Shown here: in pieces, positions 31,304-41,270 of the stretch
How positions within the stretch are numbered: the stretch's first letter is position 1
Layout: the number at the start of each line of letters is the position of its first letter
Program-made: the position numbers and the translations under genes
The notes under the pieces: generated by a model
What the model saw: the letters and a program-made list of their open reading frames with translations, nothing else
Told to the model about the DNA's origin: nothing
Databases searched by the model: none
From: Prasinococcaceae sp. CCMP 1430
Taxonomy: Eukaryota; Plantae; Prasinodermophyta
NCBI GenBank assembly: GCA_013416795.1
Contig: RQSC01000027.1
Span: forward strand, 848,409 to 912,408
Reading direction: 5' to 3'
Length of the DNA: 64,000 nucleotides

Positions 31304-33580
31304 TCAGAACGCTGCGTCGGGCGCCCCGCGCATCTCTTCGTCATGGCCACGGCCGCACAGGCGGGCCTGCGCTCGATCACCCGCAGCGGCAGCTGCGGCG
31401 AGGCAAACAAAAAACTCCTCCCGCGCGGCGGTGGCAGCGCGTTCGTTGAAACGAGCGGCGGCGGCTGCGCGTGCACGCGCGCCGGCGGCCGCTGCCTCCA
31501 ACGGCGACGTGGCCAGCCGCACCATGAGCTCAGCGAGCGCCTGCGATGTTGGCTCGCTGGCAACGTAGCTGTGCGCGTCGATCCGAGCGTAGGGCGATTC
31601 TCTGGCACCGCCCATCAAGTACGACGCCGGCAGCGCCCAGTCAGCCGCCGCCGGCAGCCCGAAGTTCACCACGGGCAGCTCCATGGCCATCGCCTCGATG
31701 GCCACGTAGCCGAATGTCTCGCTCTGCGGGCGAAGCGAGGGAAAGAGCAAGGCGTCCGCGCGCTCCAGATGCTCGACAAGGCCCTCGCCACCTGCCTGGC
31801 CAACGAAGGACACGCAGTCGCTCACGTTGAGGTGAATCGCCATCGCACGGAGGTAGGCCTCCATGGGCCCCATGCCCGCGAGCGCGAGCGCGAGCGTGGG
31901 GCTGCCAACCCGAGGAAGCGACGCACGAGCGAGTGCGAGTGCGCGCAGCGCCATGCCTGGCGACTTCTCGCTGCTCAGGCGGCCAACGTACGCGAAGGTG
32001 AAGGGCGGGGCGTCCTTCGAGGCAACGCTTGGCGTCGCGTTCTCCCCAGCCACAGCTGCCCCGCGCGCTCGCCGCGCGCGCGTCTCCGCCTGCCTCCGCA
32101 GCGAAAAGTGCGAAAGATCGACGCCCGGGCGCAGCAGCCGTACAGGCGGCAGCACGTATCCCTCCTCTCCAGCATCGATGTACCCACCGAGAGGAGGCGT
32201 TCTAGCCGCCTGATCGCGCAGGACATCGGCTGTGTGCTGTGCCACGTACGCCGCAGGCGCCACCACAACATCGACCTCCTCAGTAGTTGCGGGGTGCAGA
32301 TTCCAGGCCTCCAGCAGCACGATCGTGTGGTTGCCATTCGCCGCCCGCGCTGCCAGCCCGATGAGCTTGTCCGCCGCGGCCGCCGCCGCATTCGACGCTG
32401 CTGAAAATGCAACGATGCTGCAGCCGCGCACAGCGTCTGTGAGTGACCTGGCGGTCGCAGAGGCCCAATCTGCAAGTGCGCCCCGCCCATCTGCGGAGCT
32501 GTCGGCACCACCGGGAGGCTCGCACTCCCCGACGCCTTCCATACTCGCGGGCGAAGGCTGCGCGCGCAGCACGTCCTCGACGGCTTTCGCTGCTTCAGTG
32601 GCCGTGCGCACCTCACCGCGCGGCACGTGGCCGAGCTCAACGCGCGTGACGTCCAACCCAGCTTCTCCGAGTGCACGCGCGAGCCGAGCGTCGACATTCA
32701 CCGCGTTGGTGGTCGAGATATAGCGCGCCGAAGCCGCGCCCGCCGCAAGGTACGCCCGTGCGTGCGCCATCGCAGCAGTTTTAACGCCGTCGAGCTTGTC
32801 CAGGCCCCCAAAGAAGCACGCCGTGCCAGCGAGTGCGCGCGTGCGCTCGCGTGCGCCCTCAGCGGCGCCATCGGGCAACAACGCTGCTCCTTGCGCGAGA
32901 GCGCGGGCGGCCTCCTCGGCAACTTGACGCCTTGCAAAAGGGTCGTCGCTCTGTGGCACGACATCGAAGACTACGGACGCCTCGGTCTCGAAAGCGGCGC
33001 CGCGCTCGCACGCATGCTGCGTGCCAGCACATGCCAGCCGCGCCCGTGCGACGTGCGTGCCCCACGGCAGCGAACTCAAAGAGAGCGAGAGAGTGCTGTT
33101 GCGCCCGCCACCGTCCGCGCCATCGCTTGGCCCGTCGTCAGGCGCCTGCACGACACCAAGAGCTTGCCAAGGGCTTGGGACCGCGCGGTGGTGGAGCTCC
33201 ACGAGCGCCTCCAGTCGGGGCGGGTGCTGCAGCTTGCGGCCCCCGGCGTGCGCCTGTGCGCAGCACTCCTCCGCGGCGAGCGCTCGCGCCGCCGCAGAGC
33301 CCTCGCCACGCTCCCACTCAACTTGCAGTGGGACCGTCGCTCGCGGTGCTGTCGCCATCTCGATACCGGCCCCCTCGCGTACGCCCTCGCGCTCGGACTC
33401 AGCCGGCACGCGCAGCTCAGCGTACTGCGCAGGCAGCTGGAACACGAGCAGCGGTGGCGGGCGCTCTCGCTCGCGCTCGAGCGCGCTGACGTGCCCGCCC
33501 GCGCCCGCGAGTACCGCCATGAGCGCGCAAGTGATGCATCCCCCCACGCGAAACCTACGGGGTTGCGGTCGACCCCGCAT
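31304..33580 (-). CDS. GT-B glycosyltransferase family 4 (Glycos_transf_1) with N-terminal signal/anchor and extra N-terminal domain
   Basis: FAYVGRLSSEKSPGMAL, LALAGMGPMEAYL, VSFVG, ADALLFPSL..SETFGYVAIEAMAMELPVV. ATG 33580 followed by hydrophobic CITCALMAVLAGAGG. Confidence 0.85.
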   Translation of the reverse strand: MRGRPQPRRFRVGGCITCALMAVLAGAGGHVSALERERERPPPLLVFQLPAQYAELRVPAESEREGVREGAGIEMATAPRATVPLQVEWERGEGSAAARALAAEECCAQAHAGGRKLQHPPRLEALVELHHRAVPSPWQALGVVQAPDDGPSDGADGGGRNSTLSLSLSSLPWGTHVARARLACAGTQHACERGAAFETEASVVFDVVPQSDDPFARRQVAEEAARALAQGAALLPDGAAEGARERTRALAGTACFFGGLDKLDGVKTAAMAHARAYLAAGAASARYISTTNAVNVDARLARALGEAGLDVTRVELGHVPRGEVRTATEAAKAVEDVLRAQPSPASMEGVGECEPPGGADSSADGRGALADWASATARSLTDAVRGCSIVAFSAASNAAAAAADKLIGLAARAANGNHTIVLLEAWNLHPATTEEVDVVVAPAAYVAQHTADVLRDQAARTPPLGGYIDAGEEGYVLPPVRLLRPGVDLSHFSLRRQAETRARRARGAAVAGENATPSVASKDAPPFTFAYVGRLSSEKSPGMALRALALARASLPRVGSPTLALALAGMGPMEAYLRAMAIHLNVSDCVSFVGQAGGEGLVEHLERADALLFPSLRPQSETFGYVAIEAMAMELPVVNFGLPAAADWALPASYLMGGARESPYARIDAHSYVASEPTSQALAELMVRLATSPLEAAAAGARARAAAAARFNERAATAAREEFFVCLAAAAAAGDRAQARLCGRGHDEEMRGAPDAAF

Positions 33581-33747
33581 GGTCGGCTGTGCGGGCACGC
33601 CCCCCCGGCGCGGGGGGCGCGCGCCGCGCCGTGTGGCGTGGTGCACACTGCTCGCGTTTGCGCAGGTCTGGGCAATGTGCTTTCGGCACCTCGCCACTGC
33701 TTGCGCGCGGGGCGCGGCGCAGTGTTGTGCGAGCGGCGCGGCGGCCA

Positions 33748-35013
33748 ATGTCGACTCCTTCACCGAGCCCTCCGCCCGCCAATCCCTCGCCGATTCCGCC
33801 GCCATCGAGCCCTACGCCGAGCCCTCCTCTGCCGAGCGCTCCTCCGCCGAGTCAGCCGCCATCGAGCCCTACGCCCAGCCCTCCTGCGCCTAGTCGGCCA
33901 CCGCTGAGCCCTGCTCCTCCGAGTCAACCGCCACCAAGCCCGCCGCCCCCTGCAGCGCCGAGCACTCAATCGCCGAATCCCCCTCCTCCGAGAGCGCCCA
34001 GCGCACCGCCCACGCCAACGCCACGCGCGCCACCGCGGCCGGCCGCGCGGACTGCGCCCAGCTCAGGTGCATCCAGCAGCAGCAGGAGCGGTGAATCTGG
34101 TACGTGGATGTCCACTTTGGCTGCAGGTGCGGCGGCGACCGCCGCCGCTGCCCTCGCGGTTGCGGTGTACATCCGTCTGAGGCGCTCAGAGTTCCGCGTG
34201 CTTGCGACGAGCGCTGCCTCCGCAGTGCCTGAGGTGGGCGAGCCACTCGAGGCGCGCTTCGCCGCGAGCGCAGATGCGTTTCAGGCCGCCTCCATGGCCT
34301 CCGCTGTGGGCATGGAGGCCGCGCCGCGGTTGAGCGGTCCGCAGCGCCTCGCGCTGTACGCGCTGTACAAGCAGGCGACATGTGGCGACTGCCGCGCGGC
34401 GATGCCGCCGAAGCTGTTTGACTACAGGGTGCTCGCAAAGTGGGATGCGTGGTGCTCACTGCGTGGCGTGAACGTGGAGCGCGCGCAGGCCGCGTACGTT
34501 GGCGCAGCGATCGCGATGCTCGGTCCCGAAGCGATTGCTGCTGCCGAAGAGGCCGCGAGCAAAGGAGGCGCTGCTGGTGGCGTGACGTCCCGGCTGATGC
34601 CGGCGCAGGACGAGGGCGAAGACGCTGGCGGCGATTCCGGCGAGGGCTGGGGTGAGGGAGCCGAGGGATTTGTTGCTGGCAAAGGAGAGGAAGGCGTCAC
34701 GATCGCGCATCGCCTAGCAGCTGAGGGCAACGTCGAGGCGCTCAAGCTGCTCGACCCTCGCTGGCTTACGCAGCGCGATGACAACGGCTGCCTGCCGCTG
34801 CATTGGGCTGCCGACAATAATAAGGCGGCGGCGTGCACTGCGCTAGCGCGCGAGCTCGGCGCAGACGTGGACGCTCGGGACGAGGACGGCTCGACGGCGC
34901 TGCACTATGCCGGGATGTGCGGCAACAAAGAGGCCTTCGAGGCGCTGATCGCTGTAGGAGCTGACCCCGACGCACGCGACAACGAAGATGAAAGGCCCGT
35001 GCTTGAGGCGTGA
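33748..35013 (+). CDS. Acyl-CoA-binding domain plus ankyrin-repeat protein with Pro/Ser-rich N-terminus and TM segment
   Basis: ACB motifs RLALYALYKQATCGDC...KLFDYRVLAKWDAW..L.G...AQAAYV. Ankyrin repeats DNGCLPLHWAA and DGSTALHYAG..GADPDARD. TM AAATAAAALAVAVYIRLRR. Confidence 0.9.
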   Translation: MSTPSPSPPPANPSPIPPPSSPTPSPPLPSAPPPSQPPSSPTPSPPAPSRPPLSPAPPSQPPPSPPPPAAPSTQSPNPPPPRAPSAPPTPTPRAPPRPAARTAPSSGASSSSRSGESGTWMSTLAAGAAATAAAALAVAVYIRLRRSEFRVLATSAASAVPEVGEPLEARFAASADAFQAASMASAVGMEAAPRLSGPQRLALYALYKQATCGDCRAAMPPKLFDYRVLAKWDAWCSLRGVNVERAQAAYVGAAIAMLGPEAIAAAEEAASKGGAAGGVTSRLMPAQDEGEDAGGDSGEGWGEGAEGFVAGKGEEGVTIAHRLAAEGNVEALKLLDPRWLTQRDDNGCLPLHWAADNNKAAACTALARELGADVDARDEDGSTALHYAGMCGNKEAFEALIAVGADPDARDNEDERPVLEA

Positions 35014-35101
35014 GCGGTCGCGCCGCGAGGGACAGACCTCCCTAAGGGTGCATACATCTTGTTACTGTACAACATTCGCTCGCCCGCCCTACGCTGCACG
35101 C

Positions 35102-36131
35102 TTACGCTGCGTCGGCCTCGAAGCCGTCCGACGTGCCGCGCGCCTCACACCACGCATCGCCATACCGACTCCAGCGCTCGCGCTCGCCGCTGCCGCCGCA
35201 AAGCGTGTCAGCGAGCGCAGCTGCGGGCACGAGGACATCTGTGAGCTCTCGCTGGTTGCGGGACGAATGAACGACGTATTCCACGCCCTGCGAACCCAGA
35301 GACCATCCCACGCATTCAGCCGCGCTCGGCGGGGCGCCCAGGCCGAGCTCCGGCGCTTCCTCGAGCAAGCCATTCCACCGCGTCGAGCAAAAGCCAACGA
35401 CGGGCACGCCGAGCGCCGCGGCGCGCTCGAGCGTGCTCGCTGTCTCGTGCACCTGGTGTGCCATGCCTACACGCAACATGATCGCATCAAGCAGCGGATC
35501 GTCCTCGGCCTCGTGAAGGTCCAAAAGCGCGGACGCTGCGCTCACCGAGTGCGTGCTGGCCCCGACAGCGCGCACACGCGGGTCTGAGCTCGCAGCGAGC
35601 AGAGCGTCGCGCACGTCCTGCAGGTGCTCGTCGGGACATACATACTCGGCGAAAAAGGCGTCCAGGTGTGCGGCACCGAGGAGCTCACATGCGTCGGAGA
35701 TGCGCGTCGATATGCCCGCAGGGCTGGTGGCACGCCGCAGAGCGCGGGCGCGCACGTCAGCCGCAGCCGCTACCGACGAGCGCAAGTGCGGCAGGGCGAC
35801 GGCAGTACGCGGCTCACCTCCGGTCGTGCGTGCCGCTCTGCAGGCAAATTCTCGCACGCGTGCGCCGCTGTTCGCAGAGCTGTCGCACGCCCGACACGAA
35901 AGCTGGATATCGGTGCGGGTTATACACGAAAGTCACGAGCGAGGTATCGCCAGGCAGTGAGGCGAGCGCGGCGCCTGGTAGCGACGCCGGCTGCGGCGGA
36001 TTGGCGCGTGCGGCGCCGCCAAGGCCCACGCGCCAGAGCGGCGCCCCGCCTGGTGCTGTGAGGGGCATGCGTTGCGTCGCGTGCGCGCTGTGCCATGCAG
36101 CGGCGTTGGCGCAGCCCAGCGTGCGCAGCAT
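35102..36131 (-). CDS. Aldo/keto reductase-fold protein, 2 exons: 36131-35818, 35723-35102
   Basis: LWRVGLGG, LGAAHLDAFFAEYV, VRAVGASTHS, DAIMLRVGMAH, GVPVVGFCSTRW, SAAECVGWSL...ELTDVL. The GTGAGC...CAG intron 35817-35724 restores the frame. Start may be 36131 or slightly downstream. Confidence 0.75.
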
Positions 36132-36395
36132 CAGCGCCTCGCGCCGCCGCCGAAGGCCCGTGGCAGCGGCGGCGCTTCCGATCGCGGCGGCGGGAGCGAT
36201 GGCAATGGCAACAGGTACGGCGCACAACGATGCGTATCAACGTATGGCGCCGCGCAGATCACGGATCGCACTCGCTTGGCTGTGCGTGCGCTGCGCATGC
36301 GGGCGTACACGCAGATATGCGATACGATGAGGCCGTCTGTCACCTGGAGGTTACAACTTGTGCAGGCTGCGCTGGGCCGCGCTGCGCACGAGCGT

Positions 36396-37736
36396 CTACT
36401 CGGCGGGCGACTCGTCGTCTTCAGGCTCCTCCTCCTCGGCGTCAAAGACGGGCTCGCCCCCATCGCTGCCGTCGCTGTCGGCGCTGTCAGCGTCCCCGGC
36501 CGGGGCCGCAACCTCGGCGACCTCGGCGTCTTCGTCATCGTCGTCCTCCTCCGACGACTCACCGTCAAAGCCCCCGGGGCTGTCGTCCGGTGCTGGCATC
36601 ATCTCAAGATCGTCGTCATCGCCGCTGTCGTCACCATCGCTTCCTGCCGCCGCGCCTGAGTCCGAGTCGTCGTCGAGCACGATGGGGTCGGCGGCGGTGT
36701 TGCTGAACGGCTCGGGCACGTCGCTCGACTCCTCCGCGTCCTCCCCCTCCTCTTCGTCCCCGTCCTTGCACGAGTAGTAAAAGACCGGGTCGGCCCATAT
36801 CTCCCTGAGCGCCCCTAACACGCGCGGCTCGCCGGCTGCGTCGACTGTCGAGCCAAAGAGTACCTCGAAGATGTTCTTGTAGCCCCCCGAGCACTCCACG
36901 GCGAACAGCTTCTCTCCTTCTTCTGTGAGCGGCGGCCTCTGCACGCCTCCGTCGCTCCCGACCCCGTCCGCCGCACCGTCCGGCTCCGCGTCGCGAGCGG
37001 TGGCTGTGCGCGACAAGACGAAGGGGGCGTCGCCCACGAAGTACTTCTTCGCGCCATCGCCAAAGGTGATCTTGACCTCCCCCGCGCGTTGCTCGCCTTT
37101 CGTTGGAAAGTCCATGGCGACGTCGTCGATGAAGTCCATCGCCGCCCAGATCTCGTGGTGGTACGTGTAGTCTGCGAGCTCGTCGTGGTTGCCGATCGCG
37201 TGCGACCAAAACTCACACTCGGCAGGCAGTTGTCGGATCACCTGCGAGCGCGTGCGCCAGAACTTGGTGCGGTCCTCGCGGTGTGCGGTCTCAAACTCGA
37301 TCTCCGCAGCCGCGGCCGCAGCGGCTGCGGCCGCAGCAGACTGCTCGGCGCACCTCTCATCGAGGTCGCGCAGCGCCGCCTGCACCACCTGCAGGGTCTC
37401 GAACTGCTCCTGCTCGTCCACCGCGGGCCCGTCGCCCGGCTGCGTCGCCGCCGCGCCGCTGCCTCCGGCCTCGCCGTTGGCTGCGGGCGCCGGCTCCTCT
37501 GCTGCCGCGTTCGCCACCGTGGCGGCAGCATCAGCTGCGGGTTCGGGCTCCACCGCGGCGTCCCCAGCTGGGACGGGTCCCTCAGCACCCGGCTGCGCGC
37601 CCTCGCTCTCGCGATCATCCTCGCCGTCCGTGCGCGCGCGCTTTGAGGAGGGCTCACCCTCCTCGGCGCACGGCGCGGCGGGCACCAGCGTACTCGATCG
37701 GCACGACACGGCCGGTTGGTGTGCTGACGTGCCCAC
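36396..37736 (-). CDS. NAP1/SET-family histone chaperone, divergent, with acidic tail; first exon not located
   Basis: KFWRTRSQVIRQLP..EFWSHAIGNH, VKITFG..KKYF, REIWADPVFYY (SET-type IWPNPLQYY) and a D/E-rich C-terminus. A CAG acceptor precedes 37736 and no in-frame ATG lies near the start. Confidence 0.7.
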   Translation of the reverse strand: MGTSAHQPAVSCRSSTLVPAAPCAEEGEPSSKRARTDGEDDRESEGAQPGAEGPVPAGDAAVEPEPAADAAATVANAAAEEPAPAANGEAGGSGAAATQPGDGPAVDEQEQFETLQVVQAALRDLDERCAEQSAAAAAAAAAAAEIEFETAHREDRTKFWRTRSQVIRQLPAECEFWSHAIGNHDELADYTYHHEIWAAMDFIDDVAMDFPTKGEQRAGEVKITFGDGAKKYFVGDAPFVLSRTATARDAEPDGAADGVGSDGGVQRPPLTEEGEKLFAVECSGGYKNIFEVLFGSTVDAAGEPRVLGALREIWADPVFYYSCKDGDEEEGEDAEESSDVPEPFSNTAADPIVLDDDSDSGAAAGSDGDDSGDDDDLEMMPAPDDSPGGFDGESSEEDDDDEDAEVAEVAAPAGDADSADSDGSDGGEPVFDAEEEEPEDDESPAE

Positions 37737-38423
37737 CTGCGGGCGTCGCCCGCGCCCACCGCACCGCGCGAAGGGGCGCGCCTCCGCCCGTTCGCGTTCG
37801 CGTTCGCTTTCCAGCGTCGGTTTCGCGGCGCGGTGTGGCGCCGCAAGGTCGGTCGGCGCGCACCAATTTTTACACTACGCTGACTGAGCGCAGCACATCC
37901 CGGCTCTGATTTTTTTTCGGTTTTGGGGGGGGTGAAGGTTTGAATTCGTTTCTCCCCTGACTGACTTGACTGAATGGTCAGATTCGGATTCGCCAGCCGG
38001 CGCGCCCGCGCGTGGCCGAGCGAATCCGGAAAAAAAAAAATCCGAACGCGGCGAGGCTGCGCTGGATGGCCATGGCCGCTTGCTCGTTGGTTGGTGGTCG
38101 GTCGGTTGGTGGCGGTAGAGGGGAGCGCCGCGGCGTCGCTCGCCCAAGAAGGACCTCAGACAAAAGGCGTCGCCGAGGGGGGCAATCATGGCCTGCGGTG
38201 CGGCGTCGACGGCAGGCGTGGGCGATGGCAGCGGCGGCGGCGGTGGCAGCGACGATGCGGACAGCGCGCCGTCGAACACTGAGGATAGCCTTGACATGTG
38301 ACTCTCAACTTTGGTTGGTAGCGTTCGTTTCCCCCCTCTGAGCCTGTGCCTGCTGCGCTATGTGGCGAGGCGGGGATGGGGCACGTGCATGCCCCCGCGC
38401 GAGCGACGTCCTTCTATGAGCGC

Positions 38424-40751
38424 TCAGCGCGAGCCGTGCCTGATGAATGTGAGCGCCGCCCACGCGAAGACGCTGAAGATCGGGATGAAAAGGGTCAAAA
38501 ACCCGATGTAGCGGTCGTATGTCTTGTTCGCGAAGCCGTAGTATTCGAGGACGGTCTCGCCGTTGATAAATTCCACCGCGCCGGGGTCCGAGTTCTGGAA
38601 GTTGTTGATCATGAGAGCCTCCCACCCGAAGCGCATGGGGTCGATGTTCGAGTACCAGCGCCACCCGCGAGGAATGGTATCCAGCGGGATCAGGAAGCCC
38701 GCGAAGAATAGGTTGATGATCATGTACGTTGGCAGCAGTGCGTTGGCCACCTCGAGCGTCGGCGAGACTGCCGCCGATGTGTACGCCGCGGCGATGCCCA
38801 CGAAGGAGCTGAGAAAGTAGATGATGAAAAAGATGCCCAGGCTTCCTTGCAGATCGATGGCCCACCAAACGATGAGGGTGTACAGGATCGATGTCACAGA
38901 AGAGATGATGACCTCCTCAATGAGGTTATAGGCGAGGTATATGTACGAGCGGTACAGCCCGTCGGCCATCTCTCTGTAGAATAGCGCCCGCTCGAGGCTC
39001 AGAGTGGGGACGTAGCTGGCCGCGCCGAAGCCGTTCAGTGCCACGACCATGAAAAGGACTGCCGCGGTAGAACCGACAGACTGCACGTCCTCGCGCGAGC
39101 CCACGCCAATGAACAACGTGGCGCTGATGAAGGCCGTCAACATCTTGTCGGCGAAGCGCGGCGCGATGAAGGCGATGCTCCTCAGGTTCTTCGACGCGCG
39201 GTACTTGAGCAGCACCCACAGCGCGAAGTACGAAGGCACTGCCGTCGCTTTCTTCACCGTCCGCGCGCGCTGCAGCGCTGGCTCTTCCGTCGGCCCGTCT
39301 TCAAGGCTCCTCTCGAGCTCGTCGTTGCCGGCCTGGTCGGACTTCTCCAAATTCTCGGGCAAGCTGCTCGCGCTGTAGCCTCGCTGCAGCAAAAGGCAGC
39401 GGATGCGACGCCACATCTGCGTCTTGAGCTCGCTCTTCGCGTACGCGGCTGCAAAGTCGGTCTCGTCGTCTCCCTTGTCCTTCTTGTTCTTCATCACCTC
39501 GGCCAGTGATTTCGAGCGAGCAGTTGCGTAGGGCGCCTTGGACGGGCGCGTGCGAAGACCCGTCTCCTCTGCTCCCTCCTGGACGCGCTCATCGCCCGTC
39601 CCTTCCGCGGCGGCGCCGACACCGCTGGTGATCTCGCCACCCGCGCGCCGCATCGCCACACTCTCTTGGACCAGACTGTACTTTCCTGAGATGACGTCGA
39701 CAATCCACTCGACGAGGGAATAGGCACCCGCAGAACGCGGGAACTCGTACCCCAGCGACTCGAAGTGCCTCAGGACATCTGAGCCGCCCTCGCCGAGCGG
39801 GCCGAAGTACGCAACCCGCCCGCGCGAGAGGCCGTCGCCGCCCAGCAACAGGAGGGTATCGAACAGATTGAATGCGTACGACGTCGGGGAGTGAATGGTC
39901 GCACACACGGTCTTGTCGAGGGAGTCAGCAATCTGGCGCAGGCAGAGGGCCACCTCGTTCGCCATGAAGCTGTCCAGGCCCGTCGTGGGCTCGTCCAGGA
40001 ATATCACCTGCGGGTCTGCGACCAGGCTGAGCCCTATGTTCGTCCGCTTGGCTTGGCCCCCCGAGATGCCCCGGTGGAGCTCGTCGCCGATGACGGTGTC
40101 GGCGCACACGCCGAGCCTGAGGAGACTGATGGTGTCCTCCACGACGCGCCTCTTGTCCGCGTTCGACTCCCCCATGGGCCTCTTGAGCTCCGCGGTGTAG
40201 CTGAGCATCTCGCGCACCGTGAGGTTGGCGACGAGCGTATCGAACTGTTCGACGTATCCGCAGCGGCTTTTGAGGAGCGCCTCCGTTGGCTGCCTGCCGC
40301 CGTACAGCACGGACCCACGCCGCGTGCCCACCGTCTTCCGCCCCGAGAGCACGTCGAGCAGGGTGGTCTTGCCGCACCCGGAGGGACCCATCAGCGCCGT
40401 CATCTCGCCGGGCACGAAGCAGGCCGTGACGTCCCTGACGATCTCGTACTCCTCGGACCTGTTCTTCCGGTTCGGCACGGAGTAGTGCAAGTTGACGAAG
40501 GTCACCTCGAGGCCGTTGTGCGACAAGCGGTGGCGGTTCTTCTCCTCACACGGAAGGGGAATCTCGGACTCGCCGCTGGGTGGCGCATCGTTGCCATTGT
40601 TGCCCGCAGTGTGGCCGTTGCTGCCTGCACGGCCTAGAGCTGTCGTCGTCGCGACCTCAGTCTCTGCCACGGGCGCCGCCGGCGTGGCCGCCTCGACGTC
40701 CATCTCTCCCTCCCCTCCCGCCCCGCCCGTGGCGCTGTAGCTTGTGCCCAT
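38424..40751 (-). CDS. Half-size ABCG (White/WBC-type) transporter, intronless, 775 aa
   Basis: Walker A GPSGCGKTT, signature ISGGQAKR, Walker B IFLDEPTTGLDS, H-loop TIHSP, and a C-terminal ABC2 membrane domain (ERALFYRE...FFAGFLIP..IPRGWRW); ATG 40751. Confidence 0.95.
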   Translation of the reverse strand: MGTSYSATGGAGGEGEMDVEAATPAAPVAETEVATTTALGRAGSNGHTAGNNGNDAPPSGESEIPLPCEEKNRHRLSHNGLEVTFVNLHYSVPNRKNRSEEYEIVRDVTACFVPGEMTALMGPSGCGKTTLLDVLSGRKTVGTRRGSVLYGGRQPTEALLKSRCGYVEQFDTLVANLTVREMLSYTAELKRPMGESNADKRRVVEDTISLLRLGVCADTVIGDELHRGISGGQAKRTNIGLSLVADPQVIFLDEPTTGLDSFMANEVALCLRQIADSLDKTVCATIHSPTSYAFNLFDTLLLLGGDGLSRGRVAYFGPLGEGGSDVLRHFESLGYEFPRSAGAYSLVEWIVDVISGKYSLVQESVAMRRAGGEITSGVGAAAEGTGDERVQEGAEETGLRTRPSKAPYATARSKSLAEVMKNKKDKGDDETDFAAAYAKSELKTQMWRRIRCLLLQRGYSASSLPENLEKSDQAGNDELERSLEDGPTEEPALQRARTVKKATAVPSYFALWVLLKYRASKNLRSIAFIAPRFADKMLTAFISATLFIGVGSREDVQSVGSTAAVLFMVVALNGFGAASYVPTLSLERALFYREMADGLYRSYIYLAYNLIEEVIISSVTSILYTLIVWWAIDLQGSLGIFFIIYFLSSFVGIAAAYTSAAVSPTLEVANALLPTYMIINLFFAGFLIPLDTIPRGWRWYSNIDPMRFGWEALMINNFQNSDPGAVEFINGETVLEYYGFANKTYDRYIGFLTLFIPIFSVFAWAALTFIRHGSR

Positions 40752-41270
40752 CACCCTGCGCGAGCCGGCAGGCGCAGGGTTTGCACGCACGATCCGAGGT
40801 GCCCCTCCCACCCGTAGCCCCCTGCTCGCGACCGGACCGCGCCGCCAGCGGGCGCGCTCCCGCGCGGCGCGCCGGGAGTGGCGCACCGATGCGTCGCGGC
40901 GGCAGGGTGGTGACCAACGGAGGCCTGCGCGCCCGCACGCGGCCTCCCTCGCGCGCGACCGCGCGGGCGTGCGTGTGCCCGGCGCTCGCACGGAAGCGGA
41001 AGCGCTTGCTGCGCGCGCCCCCCTGGTCCCATCCCCAGTCATTCGGCCCGGTTTCCAATCGTAACATTCTGACACGGAAACGGTCACTTTCTGAATCCTT
41101 TCGCCTTTGTGTGGCTGGGAATCTCGAGGAGATTGGGATCTTATCTTTGCCTGCGCCGCGAAAAAGCGCAGCCGCGGAAAAAGGCGCGCACACCCGCGAG
41201 CTGCTCCGTTTCGCGGGGGTTTTAGGGTGCGGGCGGTGTGGAGGGTTGCGCGGGGTGGAGGCTCTACGAG

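Noticed and set aside
38060-38300. Possible small gene between NAP/SET and ABCG (plus-strand ...GSDDADSAPSNTEDSLDM* or minus ORF 37875-38297)
   Set aside because: No consistent start or splice model and no motif; it may be the ABCG 3' UTR or the NAP/SET promoter
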